DNA of 64,000 nt. It comes from Candidatus Cloacimonadota bacterium. GTDB taxonomy: Bacteria; Cloacimonadota; Cloacimonadia; Cloacimonadales; PWNZ01. Position numbers and translations under genes: made by a program. Of this stretch, positions 1-10,184 are shown piece by piece (position 1 is the stretch's first letter; each line of letters opens with the position of its first letter). Location: NCBI GenBank assembly GCA_003564155.1, contig PWOA01000103.1, positions 9,875 to 73,874 of the forward strand, given 5' to 3'. The notes below the pieces were generated by a model. That model ran no database searches, was not told the origin of the DNA, and saw nothing but the letters and a program-made list of their open reading frames with translations.

Positions 1-1
1 G

Positions 2-136
2 CTAACCAGTGTTGAGATTCCTGCTCGTTCACAAAGAAGATATCGAAAAATGGTTGAAAATTGGGAAAGAGCTTTGTATAGTGACGAAGAACTCAGTCAT
101 GCAACAGTAGAAATTTACAAACCAAAATTTTTTTAG
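2..136 (+). CDS. 3' end of an unidentified protein gene running off the left edge of the window
   Basis: The frame is open from the window edge to TAG at 134-136 (...VENWERALYSDEELSHATVEIYKPKFF*). No recognisable motif. Confidence 0.3.
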   Translation, partial: LTSVEIPARSQRRYRKMVENWERALYSDEELSHATVEIYKPKFF

Positions 137-274
137 ATCAGTCTTTCCCATTTACTTTTGATAGAGAATGTTATATTGAGATAATATATTTGAAGAGATA
201 ACCGGTATAAGTGGATATTTTTATAAACTGAAAGCATGTTTTATATAGATATTTTAAACTAAAGAAGGAGTTAG

Positions 275-3200
275 ATGGAGATGTATAAATCAATTGATTT
301 GAAAGAGAAAAACAGTATTTTCGAAGAAAAAATCAGAGACTACTGGCAAAATAATAGTATAGACAAATTAAGCATGACTTTTAGAGAACAAGCACCTAAT
401 TTTGTTTTCTATGAAGGGCCGCCAACTGCTAACGGAAAACCTGGTATCCATCATGTTATATCGAGAGCTATTAAGGATATTGTTTGTCGTTACAAGACTA
501 TGAAAGGGTATCGAGTTGAAAGAAAAGCTGGATGGGATACACATGGATTGCCTGTAGAAATTGAAGTTGAAAATCAATTAGGTTTGAAACATAAAAACAA
601 TATTGAAGAATACGGAGTAGATAAATTTTGTGAAAAATGCCGTGAATCAGTTTTTAATTATGAAAAAGAATGGCGGCAGATGACCGAATTGATGGGTTAT
701 TGGATTGATTTGGATAATCCTTATATCACTCTCGATAATAAATATATTGAGACTATTTGGTGGATATTGAACCAGTTTTGGAATAAAAACCTTATCTATA
801 AAGGACATAAAATTGTACCTTACTGCCCAGGCTGTGAAACACCATTATCAAGCCATGAAGTCGCTTTAGGATACAAAGAAGTAGAAGATCCATCGGTTTT
901 TGTGAAATTTAAAGTTACCAGAAATGTTTTGAAAAACAATAATGAATTTGATGAGCAGAGACTGTATTTATTAGCTTGGACAACTACACCCTGGACTTTG
1001 ATATCCAATGTAGCTTTAGCAGTTAATCCAACAGAAGGCTATGTAATTATCAAACACATGGAACAGTTTTTTATTTTGGCGAAAGGATGTCTATCAGTGA
1101 TTGATGGTGATTATACGATCATTAATGAATTTTCCGGGGAAGAGCTTTTCGGAATGGAATATCAGCAATTATTTCCATTTATCATACCGGAGAAAAAAGC
1201 TTTTTTTGTCGTTACTGCAGACTATGTTACTATAGAAGATGGTACAGGTGTTGTCCATACAGCTCCAGCTTTTGGGCAAGACGATTATAATACAGGTGCA
1301 AAATATGATTTGCCGGTATTACAGCCGGTAGATGGAGAAGGTAAGTTTACCCTTGAGATAACCGAATGGGCTAACTTATTTGTCAAGGACGCCGATAAAG
1401 GAATAATTAGGAATTTAAAAGATAGAGGATTATTATATAAACGGACCCAGATTATGCATAATTATCCTTTCTGCTGGCGCTGTAGTTCTCCCTTGATTTA
1501 TTTTGCACGTTCTTCATGGTATATACGTACCAGTGATTTTAGAGAGCAAATGATCGAAGAGAATCATAAAATCAACTGGTATCCTTCCTTTGTTGGTGAA
1601 AAGAGATTTGGTGAATGGTTGGAAAACAATGTTGATTGGGCAATTAGTCGTGATAGATTTTGGGGAACACCACTTAATGTTTGGTTATGTAGTGGCTGTG
1701 AGAATAAACAATCAATAGGTTCAATTGAAGAACTGCGAGCATTGGGTAAAATGCAGATTAGTAAAGACGATACCACAGAAGATTTAGTAGAAGTTCCGGA
1801 AAATATTGAGTTACACAAACCATATATAGATAGAGTAGTTCTTATATGTCCTTCCTGCAGCAGTAAAATGTTTAGAACTCCTGAAGTCATTGATTGCTGG
1901 TTCGACAGTGGTTCTATGCCTTTTGCCCAGTGGCACTACCCCTTTGAGAATAAGGACCAGTTTGACTCAAAACTATTCCCCGGAGATTTTATAAGTGAAG
2001 GAATTGATCAGACTCGTGGCTGGTTCTACACTATGTTAGCAATATCGGTAATGCTCAAGGGTAAATCGTCATACAAGAATGTGCTTGTCAATGATCTGAT
2101 CCTAGATAAAGCGGGTCGAAAGATGAGTAAAAGTAAAGGAAATTCTGTAGATCCCATTGTGTTAATGAATGAATATGGTGCTGATGCGATACGATGGTAT
2201 TTGATAGCTGTTAGCTCACCTTGGGTCCCTACCAAATTTGATATTAAAGGTGTAGAAGAGGTAGCTAATAAGCTTTTAGGAACCTTAAAAAATGTGTATT
2301 CCTTTTTTGCAACTTATGCAAATATCGACAAATGGAAGTTAAGTGCCGATTATTGCGAACCTGAAAAATTAGAGCTAATTAAGAGTGAATTGGATAGATG
2401 GATAATATCAAGATTCCAATCCTTAGTAACGGAAGTTACATATTATAATGACCGTTATGATCTAACCCGAAGTGTACGTCTCATTCAGAATTTTGTTTTA
2501 GATGAATTAAGTAACTGGTATGTACGCCGAGCACGGCGTAGATATTGGGCACTCACAATGACAGCCGATAAAGAGGAAGCTTATATCTCTCTTGCGTACA
2601 TTTTAGTTGGTTTGAGTAAATTGATTGCTCCTTTCGTGCCCTATATATCCGAACAACTATACAGAAATATTACTAATGATATGAGTGTTCATCTCACTGA
2701 TTATCCAAGCCCTTTACCTGACATGATCGATAAGTCTTTAGAAGAAAGGATGCAAGTTGTTATTGATATTGTTTCTTTAGGAAGAACCGCACGTAACAAT
2801 TGTCAAATTAAAGTCAGACAGACACTACAAGCTATCTACATTCCCGTCAAATATGTTTCTTTAGTAATTGGAATGGAGGAGTTGATAAAAGAGGAGCTTA
2901 ATGTCAGAGAAATCAAGTTTATCGAAGATAAAAACAATTTTGTTGATTATGATATCAAACCTGATTTTAAAGTTATGGGACCAAAATACGGTAAATTATT
3001 AAAGAGTATTGCAGCAGCTTTACAACAAGCCGATTCTAATGATATTGTTAAAGTATTGGAAGAGAAAAACCAATATCATCTCAATATTGATGGTGAAACA
3101 ATAAAAATATCAAATGAAGATATTATTATAGATTGTTTGAATAAAGAGAACTATGTATTCGAATCAAACAAGAATCTATACATAGCACTCGATATTCAGT

Positions 3201-3469
3201 TAACTACAGAATTAATTTTAGAAGGATATGCTAGAGAGTTGGTTAATAAAATTCAGTTTACCCGGAAAGAATCAAACTATAATATAATGGATAAAATTAT
3301 TATATATTACTATGGTGACGAGGAAATTGATAATGTTATTCATTCCTATCGAGATTATATTAAGAACGAGACATTAGCCGACCAAATAATTAAAGACAAG
3401 AGCCATGAAATGAATAAATGGGATATCAACGGTAAGGAAGTTTATCTTAAGTTAGAACGGAAGTGTTAA
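275..3469 (+). CDS. ileS: isoleucyl-tRNA synthetase (long, type-2-like form)
   Basis: 1064 aa. Class I motifs PPTANGKPGIHHV (HIGH-like) and KMSKSKGN are present, as are the CP1 editing-domain signature WTTTPWTL and Cys clusters. AAGGAG lies 5 nt upstream of the ATG. Confidence 0.97.
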   Translation: MEMYKSIDLKEKNSIFEEKIRDYWQNNSIDKLSMTFREQAPNFVFYEGPPTANGKPGIHHVISRAIKDIVCRYKTMKGYRVERKAGWDTHGLPVEIEVENQLGLKHKNNIEEYGVDKFCEKCRESVFNYEKEWRQMTELMGYWIDLDNPYITLDNKYIETIWWILNQFWNKNLIYKGHKIVPYCPGCETPLSSHEVALGYKEVEDPSVFVKFKVTRNVLKNNNEFDEQRLYLLAWTTTPWTLISNVALAVNPTEGYVIIKHMEQFFILAKGCLSVIDGDYTIINEFSGEELFGMEYQQLFPFIIPEKKAFFVVTADYVTIEDGTGVVHTAPAFGQDDYNTGAKYDLPVLQPVDGEGKFTLEITEWANLFVKDADKGIIRNLKDRGLLYKRTQIMHNYPFCWRCSSPLIYFARSSWYIRTSDFREQMIEENHKINWYPSFVGEKRFGEWLENNVDWAISRDRFWGTPLNVWLCSGCENKQSIGSIEELRALGKMQISKDDTTEDLVEVPENIELHKPYIDRVVLICPSCSSKMFRTPEVIDCWFDSGSMPFAQWHYPFENKDQFDSKLFPGDFISEGIDQTRGWFYTMLAISVMLKGKSSYKNVLVNDLILDKAGRKMSKSKGNSVDPIVLMNEYGADAIRWYLIAVSSPWVPTKFDIKGVEEVANKLLGTLKNVYSFFATYANIDKWKLSADYCEPEKLELIKSELDRWIISRFQSLVTEVTYYNDRYDLTRSVRLIQNFVLDELSNWYVRRARRRYWALTMTADKEEAYISLAYILVGLSKLIAPFVPYISEQLYRNITNDMSVHLTDYPSPLPDMIDKSLEERMQVVIDIVSLGRTARNNCQIKVRQTLQAIYIPVKYVSLVIGMEELIKEELNVREIKFIEDKNNFVDYDIKPDFKVMGPKYGKLLKSIAAALQQADSNDIVKVLEEKNQYHLNIDGETIKISNEDIIIDCLNKENYVFESNKNLYIALDIQLTTELILEGYARELVNKIQFTRKESNYNIMDKIIIYYYGDEEIDNVIHSYRDYIKNETLADQIIKDKSHEMNKWDINGKEVYLKLERKC

Positions 3470-3531
3470 GGAGAATATAAATCATAATATTCATTAACAG
3501 GTAATGTTTTTAAGCTAATCTGTCAAACATA

Positions 3532-4908
3532 ATGGTTAATCAAGAAAGGCTGCTGATAAGTGTTCCAGGATCAAAATCTATTGCCATAAGGACACTAATA
3601 ATAACTTCTTTTTTTAACCAACCTTTAACAATTTCCAATCTACCTGCTTGTAATGATGTTGTTACCTTAATTGATGCCTTAAAGGTACTTGGCTACAAAT
3701 TCATACGGAATAACAGGCTGGAAACCGTAGTCTTTCCTTGTCATGAATTTAAAGGAAATTTTACTGTGAAAATTAAGGATTCTGCGGCTGCGCTAAGGTT
3801 TTTAGCAATAAGGTTAGCAGCCTGTCCTCAGGCACAAGTAAATATTCGCATTAGTGATCAATTAGCTCAAAGACCTCTTGAGTCATTGATGAGGTTGATT
3901 AAGTTACTTGGAGGTAATATTGATTATGTCAACAAAACCATCATTATCAAAGGTGTAGATAAGTTAGTTTTTACCAGTGGTGTTTTAAATGCAACAGCTT
4001 CGCATATTACGAGTCAGTTGTTAAGTGGTATTTTACTCAGTTCTCCCATAATAGATAATTCTCATCATATTTTGGATCATTTTAGCCAAGAAGTTAATAA
4101 TGGTTTTACAGAGTATAGGTATCAACCATCTAATTCGAAGCGGGGAAAATTGATTTTTGACTCATCAAAATCAATTTCGGTTTCTTCAAGATACATAAAT
4201 CTAACTTTAAAAATTATGGAAGATTTTGGCTTACCAATTCATCTCGCCAACAAAATTGACCATAGAAATCAGGTTAATAGCTATCGTTATGTAAAACGCG
4301 ATAAATATATTATTGAACCTGATTTTTCATCTGCATGTTATTTTTGGAGTGTGGGATGTATTTTAAATAAAAAGGTGGGTATTATTACAACTTTAAATTA
4401 TTCCTGTCAACCCGATTATCATTTTCTTCATATTTTGAAGAAAATGGGTGCGATTGTGAGTATTGAAAGTGGAGCTATATATGTGACTGCTGATTACCTT
4501 AAGCCCATTGAGGTTAACATGGTTAATATGCCGGATCAAGTCCCAACCTTAGTCGTTTTAAGCCTTTTTGCGAATTCAAATAATCAAACAATAATCAGCA
4601 ATGTCGAACATATCAGATATAAAGAGTCCAATAGATTAGAAAACTTGATAATAGAACTAAAAAAAATAAATGCGGAGATTGATTACCATAAGAGCAGTTT
4701 ATACGTAAAATCATTACTTAATAAGGAAGTGCCTTCAGTTACTTTGAATGGTTATGATGATCACCGTCTTATAATGGCTTTTTCATTACTACGGGCTGTT
4801 TATCCCCATGTAAAAATTATGGGAAAAGAAGCAGTTAATAAGTCTTGTCCGAACTATTTTAATCTAATGGAAGTCAACAAACTACTACCTAAAAATGATC
4901 ACTGTTAA
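3532..4908 (+). CDS. aroA: divergent 3-phosphoshikimate 1-carboxyvinyltransferase (EPSP synthase)-like enolpyruvyl transferase
   Basis: EPSPS-type motifs are VPGSKSIAIR, MPDQVPTL, RYKESNRL and DDHRLIMAFSLL. The region equivalent to the LGNAGTAMR loop reads KDSAAALRF. Confidence 0.7.
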   Translation: MVNQERLLISVPGSKSIAIRTLIITSFFNQPLTISNLPACNDVVTLIDALKVLGYKFIRNNRLETVVFPCHEFKGNFTVKIKDSAAALRFLAIRLAACPQAQVNIRISDQLAQRPLESLMRLIKLLGGNIDYVNKTIIIKGVDKLVFTSGVLNATASHITSQLLSGILLSSPIIDNSHHILDHFSQEVNNGFTEYRYQPSNSKRGKLIFDSSKSISVSSRYINLTLKIMEDFGLPIHLANKIDHRNQVNSYRYVKRDKYIIEPDFSSACYFWSVGCILNKKVGIITTLNYSCQPDYHFLHILKKMGAIVSIESGAIYVTADYLKPIEVNMVNMPDQVPTLVVLSLFANSNNQTIISNVEHIRYKESNRLENLIIELKKINAEIDYHKSSLYVKSLLNKEVPSVTLNGYDDHRLIMAFSLLRAVYPHVKIMGKEAVNKSCPNYFNLMEVNKLLPKNDHC

Positions 4909-4932
4909 TTAATGGTCATAATAAACTGTTAA

Positions 4933-6816
4933 TTAAACTTTTATGTTTATTAATTCATATATTTTAACAGGATTCTCTTTACCAACCACTTTAACTTCAT
5001 CCAGATATTTTACATCTACGAGGTCAGTGACTTTTTCCAAAGTATATTCGCTGATTATTATTTTATTCTGGGTAGCATATTCTTTATTAATTGCTTCTAG
5101 TCGAGCTCCAAGATTTATCGTATCGCCTATAGCTGTGTAATCAAAGATCTGTTGCGAACCTAAATTACCAACTACTGCTTGACCGGTGTTTATACCAATA
5201 CCAATTTCAAAAATATCCTTTCCTTCTTGTTTCCATTTTTTTTGTAATTCTTTGAGTTTTATTCTCATTTCAATGGCAGTTTTACATGCTGATAATGCAG
5301 CATTTTCTAGTTTTATCGGAGTACCGTAAAGAGCCATAACTTCGTCACCTACGAACTTATCAAGAATCCCTTTATTTGCTACGATAATATCGACCATTTC
5401 TGTAAGATACTCGTGTAGTATAGTTACAGTTTCCCCCGGAGAGTGTTTTTCCGAATAAGATGTAAAAGACCGTATATCAGAAAATAACACAGTAATTTCT
5501 TGAAGAGACCCTCCATATTTCAATTTGTGTGGGTTTTTCAATAATTCTGTTACTAGATCTGGTGCCATATAATGCATAAAAGCATGTTTAATCTGTCTTT
5601 TCTCTTTACTTGCTTTCCAATATTGATGGATAAGTCCTACTATATAAATTATTATCAATGATGCTGGAATTTGTATAGCAGAGACAAGAAGATTTCTTTC
5701 GGTAAATAAATAATATACTACATAGACATAAATACCAATTAAGAAAGTCATTAACAATAAGGACCAAAGCGGTTTTAAGTGCATATATATATAGTACACA
5801 ATGAATGAAACCAAAAACAATAATAATAGATATAATAAAGGTGAAAATATTGTCAGATAATCTTCTTGAAGTACCATTTCCATAAAATTTGCATGGATTT
5901 CAACTCCAGGCATTAGATCTGTTTCAGTTAATGGAGTATGGTGAAGATCTTGTAATACCGGAGCTGTGGCACCGATTAATACAATTTTATCTTTAAACAC
6001 TTCAGCTTCTAACAGCGATTCAAAAGCATTTACCTGAAAAATGGGATTACCTATACCAAGTTCACTGAAAGTTTCATCATCTATAACATCAAAGAATGAA
6101 TAACGTGGGAAAGTGCCCGGTTCTCCATAAAAATTTATTATTGTACGATTTCTATCAATAATGGGTATTTCTTTACCTATTACCTGAAGATATTTCCTAT
6201 GTAATCGGATTTTATCTTGCCAATTCCATTCAGTATCAAATTGTTTTAAATTTGCCAAAGCAACTATTCCTATGGAAAAGTAAGGCTCATTTTCAGCAAA
6301 TATTTCAAAGAGGGTATATCTACGAATATATCCATCATGATCAGGACTTATGTTTACTATTCCCCAATTTAGGGTCTTTTGTCTTAGAAACGATATCGGA
6401 CTAATTAATCTCGCTTGGGTATATCTATCTTGAATCCCTTTTTGCAACTCTCCGGCGAAAATGACGTTTCCGAAGTTCGCAGCTGCGGAAGCTAATGCTA
6501 AATCTTCGTCTTCATCCGGTGATCTTTCTGTAAATTGAATATCGAATACTATCTGACGAGCTTCTGCTTTTTGAAGATTTTTAATCAATCTGGCATATAA
6601 TGATCTTGGGAATGGCCATATATCTAAACAGGTGAAAGTTTCATCATCGATTGCGACAATTACTATCTCCTCACTGATTGTTTTTTCACCTCGGAGATGA
6701 AATAGTGTGTCTTGTGTTTTTTTCTCCAGAAACTGCCAGAAATTAGTTTGAAAAATAATCTGAGAGGATAAGACAATAATAACCGGCACCAGAAGAAGAT
6801 GCAGATATTTTTTCAT
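4933..6816 (-). CDS. CHASE2 sensor domain-containing class III adenylate/guanylate cyclase
   Basis: It has an N-terminal signal/TM segment and a CHASE2-like periplasmic region (VIVAIDDETF...WPFPRSLYARLI...IVFDIQF). Three or four TM helices follow, then a C-terminal cyclase domain (VLFSDIRSFT, KFVGDEVMALYG, IGINTGQAVVGNLGS, YTAIGDTINLGARLE). Confidence 0.85.
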   Translation of the reverse strand: MKKYLHLLLVPVIIVLSSQIIFQTNFWQFLEKKTQDTLFHLRGEKTISEEIVIVAIDDETFTCLDIWPFPRSLYARLIKNLQKAEARQIVFDIQFTERSPDEDEDLALASAAANFGNVIFAGELQKGIQDRYTQARLISPISFLRQKTLNWGIVNISPDHDGYIRRYTLFEIFAENEPYFSIGIVALANLKQFDTEWNWQDKIRLHRKYLQVIGKEIPIIDRNRTIINFYGEPGTFPRYSFFDVIDDETFSELGIGNPIFQVNAFESLLEAEVFKDKIVLIGATAPVLQDLHHTPLTETDLMPGVEIHANFMEMVLQEDYLTIFSPLLYLLLLFLVSFIVYYIYMHLKPLWSLLLMTFLIGIYVYVVYYLFTERNLLVSAIQIPASLIIIYIVGLIHQYWKASKEKRQIKHAFMHYMAPDLVTELLKNPHKLKYGGSLQEITVLFSDIRSFTSYSEKHSPGETVTILHEYLTEMVDIIVANKGILDKFVGDEVMALYGTPIKLENAALSACKTAIEMRIKLKELQKKWKQEGKDIFEIGIGINTGQAVVGNLGSQQIFDYTAIGDTINLGARLEAINKEYATQNKIIISEYTLEKVTDLVDVKYLDEVKVVGKENPVKIYELINIKV

Positions 6817-6948
6817 AAAAATCCTAAATCAAAGAATAAAGCTAATCTTGCAATATGATCTATTAACTATTAATCCTATCTAATCTATCTAGTGGATTGA
6901 TATTTTTCGGTGTTTAATAATTAGACACGAATAGTTTGTTCATTTTAA

Positions 6949-9420
6949 TTAAAAACGTTTATTGATATTTAGGTGCCATCCGAATGTGTTATAGTCCCGA
7001 TCATCAAATTCCTTATCCTTGAAAGAAGCTAATTCAATTCGCGTATTAATACTAGTTTGTGCATAGGGACGCATATTAAAACCTAAGTCATATCTTGATA
7101 AAGTATTGTTATGTTCACCGAAAGTATGTAATGATATATCTAAATAAGGAGTTAAGAAACCGTTCCAAAAAATGTATTCATTTTTTAGTCCGAATGTACT
7201 AAAATTTTTAGTTGCGCTTTCAGGTTGTGAATTTTCTTTGTGTCTCGAAGTGCTTAATCTGAACCTGGTTGTTAAAGGTACACCACGTAATGAATTTAAG
7301 ATACTTATTCTGTACGAATCTCTTGATATATCGAATACCCTTGCCTCAGTTAAATCTTTATCTTCGGATATATCATAGGATAGATCAACAGATGTGACTG
7401 TATGTGGGAAATGTTCAAATCGGTAACCAATGCCAAAATTGTAGGCTTGCATTTCCTGATCTAGCTTTAAAAAGTATGATTCATAATAGTCATCGTGTTC
7501 CATTGGTTCCAGATCATTGGAAGACGTTGAAAAATTTGCTCCCGACCTGAAGTAAGGGAAATTTGCTGCCGGTCTAAACATTGATTGGATATGCCAATTG
7601 GTATTTGTTGTCGTTGTTGATTTTTGCTCTGATAAATTGTCGGTAACTATGTTTACACCGGCATCAATAGAAAGACGATTATTTAAAAGATTTATATAAT
7701 CAGATACAGTAAAAACCCGAGCGTCGTTTTGTGTGTATGGGGATCCTAAAGAACGGAAACTAGCACCTATCTCAGAATACGATATATTTAGCATGTTGTT
7801 TAAAAGAAACCATCTAAGATAAACCTGAAAGGCTAAATTGTCTCTACCGGGTATAATAGGTTCAACATTTTGATTAATAATAATCAACTTATCTAGACTT
7901 TCAGGATCAAATGGTAAAGATTCACCTTCCAAGTAATCTTCCAACTCTTCTTTACTCATAGCCCCTTCGTGTATATTACTATTATATATACTTGCAGCCA
8001 CTTCGGTACCAACAATAAATCTTTGATTATCTAATGATAATCTGGTATCAAAACCTAAAACTAAATTATCCCTGGGACTTGTGAGAAAAGTTAAATCGTT
8101 TTCTTCGTGTTGATTAACAATTCGATAGTATTTTTCTTCTAGAGAATCGAGGTCATCTTTAACTTTTACGAATCCGAAACCTATACGTAATCCTTCTCTT
8201 TCTCCTATATCAAGCTTAATACCTGTTGTATTTCTTTGAAAAGTCCCTTTACTGTAAGTAATATGATCGTCAAAATCCATTGTTGGAGTTTCGGTAACGA
8301 CGATTTCTTTACCATCTAATGCTCTTGCACTTTGTCCGTAGACTGCAGAAAGACTAAGCCCAGCTGTATATAATCTGCCAGCTATACCTCTTAAATTCTT
8401 ATTAGATAATAAAAATGAGCCATAATCAGGAGAGTAGTCTAAGAGATGGATATCAACGTGAGGAATAGAAAACTGAAAACTATATCTGTTTTGTGGTTGC
8501 TTGCTTGAGCTTTCATATGATGTAAGGTATAATCTTGATCTCATCAAAAACCAATTACGTCTTGTATTGAAGTTTAGTCTAAAATTTGCATCATTTCTAC
8601 TAGTCCTTGAAAATACAGATTCTTCAGAACCGGAAATATCTCTCAAATTAGTAGTCAAAGAAGCATTTCCACTCATATCGAATGGGAAATTTCTCGTAAA
8701 TGATTCTTTTTCTAATACTTGATATTGCCATACCGGTGATTCAATTGTTTGACCATTTTTCTTTATGGCTCTGACATAAAAATTATAATTCCCGGATGAT
8801 GGCTTATCTCTTTTGTAAACTACTAACGGTGGAGAAACTGATGCATATCTAGTGACATCAACTCCATTCAGAAATAATCTTAAGCTCGAAAAATCAACTT
8901 CTTTAACAATAGGAAAAAGCGAGACTGCAAATATCAGATCTTGGTTTGGTTGTAAGACAGTTTCATCATTCATGAGTATAAAATTTTGGTCAAAAGAAAC
9001 TGAGGGACTTTTTGATCTTACTCTAATTGGATTTGTCTGAGGATTTCGTGTTGGGAATGTAGTGGTTCTTTCTGCAGTTTCAATAACAAAATAGTATTCA
9101 TAACCACTTGAGATTTCATCCACTGGTGGTAGATTAAAGGCCAATACATTAGAAAAAATTTCGGATCGATCGATATCAATTTGTAAAAAAGTGGGATCAC
9201 CTATTCTTCTATAATATAAGCTTGCTTTTTCAATTAGTTCATATCTACTGATTATCGTTAGACTGATCGGAGTTTGCCTGTCATTATTGACATATAATGG
9301 AGGTATGTGGCTAAGAATTATTTCATTAGCGAATGAATTGGTTGTGAACATTGAAAAACAAACTAAAAAAATCCCCAAACCTACAGCAAACTTATAATTG
9401 GTTAACTTAAAATTTTTCAT
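6949..9420 (-). CDS. large secreted protein of unknown function, probable outer-membrane beta-barrel
   Basis: 823 aa with an N-terminal signal peptide (GLGIFLVCFSMFTTNSFA). Amphipathic beta-strand patterns alternate over the C-terminal two thirds. It ends in a terminal aromatic residue (...NINKRF). Confidence 0.55.
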   Translation of the reverse strand: MKNFKLTNYKFAVGLGIFLVCFSMFTTNSFANEIILSHIPPLYVNNDRQTPISLTIISRYELIEKASLYYRRIGDPTFLQIDIDRSEIFSNVLAFNLPPVDEISSGYEYYFVIETAERTTTFPTRNPQTNPIRVRSKSPSVSFDQNFILMNDETVLQPNQDLIFAVSLFPIVKEVDFSSLRLFLNGVDVTRYASVSPPLVVYKRDKPSSGNYNFYVRAIKKNGQTIESPVWQYQVLEKESFTRNFPFDMSGNASLTTNLRDISGSEESVFSRTSRNDANFRLNFNTRRNWFLMRSRLYLTSYESSSKQPQNRYSFQFSIPHVDIHLLDYSPDYGSFLLSNKNLRGIAGRLYTAGLSLSAVYGQSARALDGKEIVVTETPTMDFDDHITYSKGTFQRNTTGIKLDIGEREGLRIGFGFVKVKDDLDSLEEKYYRIVNQHEENDLTFLTSPRDNLVLGFDTRLSLDNQRFIVGTEVAASIYNSNIHEGAMSKEELEDYLEGESLPFDPESLDKLIIINQNVEPIIPGRDNLAFQVYLRWFLLNNMLNISYSEIGASFRSLGSPYTQNDARVFTVSDYINLLNNRLSIDAGVNIVTDNLSEQKSTTTTNTNWHIQSMFRPAANFPYFRSGANFSTSSNDLEPMEHDDYYESYFLKLDQEMQAYNFGIGYRFEHFPHTVTSVDLSYDISEDKDLTEARVFDISRDSYRISILNSLRGVPLTTRFRLSTSRHKENSQPESATKNFSTFGLKNEYIFWNGFLTPYLDISLHTFGEHNNTLSRYDLGFNMRPYAQTSINTRIELASFKDKEFDDRDYNTFGWHLNINKRF

Positions 9421-9497
9421 AACATTAATATTCCTTATTAATTAACTCTAACCGGAATTATCCAATCTATTAGGAGAGATTGTCTGAAATTCCAATA

Positions 9498-10169
9498 TTA
9501 TTCTAATTCGATTTCAATTGTTCTTCTTTCACCATCTTCTCTGATCATCTCGATTTTAATAATGTCTTTATCTTCAAATTCATCTTCGTCAATATCTTCT
9601 AACCAATCAGGATCTATGTCCTCATTTGGGTAAGTCCATAACTCACCATCAACATCTGATTGACAGCTATTACCACCGGTAACGGTTGTAAAGTTTCCTG
9701 AAATAGTATTAAATACTTCGAAAAGACCTGTTAAGACAATTATTGTAGTATTCCCATCAGCATCAACTACGATAAAGCCACTGGTTCCTTTGACAGATGC
9801 AACTGTTGTAGGAGTTTCTACGCTTAAATCACCACTATTCTCCCGCACGTTAGTAAACAATCTACCCACTTCGAGATAATTTGTTTTACTAAATTTATCT
9901 TCATCTTGATCCGTATCCAAAGTAAGAATACTATTTTCGAATAATCTTAACGTAGCACCATCATCAATGAATCTTAGAAAAGCGAAAGATTCTTCATAGG
10001 TTCTTATAATGTCATTATTAAATAATGAATCTCCAAGTTCAAGTGAATTTATCTCATCGATCCTTTGAAGATTTACTTCACCAGTCATCCTTAGTGTTAA
10101 ACCTATAGGTGTTTCAGCTGATAAACTAAAGATCATTAATAAAAAAACAATCAATAATATATGTTTCAT
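9498..10169 (-). CDS. secreted FecR-domain protein with acidic C-terminal tail
   Basis: A signal peptide is followed by a FecR-like segment (GEVNLQRIDE...LGDSLFNNDIIRTYEESFAFLRFIDDGATLRLFENSILTL). The C-terminus is rich in D and E. Confidence 0.7.
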   Translation of the reverse strand: MKHILLIVFLLMIFSLSAETPIGLTLRMTGEVNLQRIDEINSLELGDSLFNNDIIRTYEESFAFLRFIDDGATLRLFENSILTLDTDQDEDKFSKTNYLEVGRLFTNVRENSGDLSVETPTTVASVKGTSGFIVVDADGNTTIIVLTGLFEVFNTISGNFTTVTGGNSCQSDVDGELWTYPNEDIDPDWLEDIDEDEFEDKDIIKIEMIREDGERRTIEIELE

Positions 10170-10184
10170 ATTTATACCTCTTTG

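Noticed and set aside
137-274. A possible T-box leader upstream of ileS, and likewise upstream of asnS at 36162-36266.
   Set aside because: The spacers are only ~140 and ~105 nt. They are AT-rich and lack a recognisable T-box sequence or terminator/antiterminator pair.
368-2235. Four short minus-strand ORFs inside ileS (368-577, 820-1008, 1564-1890, 2026-2235).
   Set aside because: They lie antisense within a strongly conserved synthetase gene. Their sequence is low-complexity, with no start context and no recognisable motifs. They are typical shadow ORFs.
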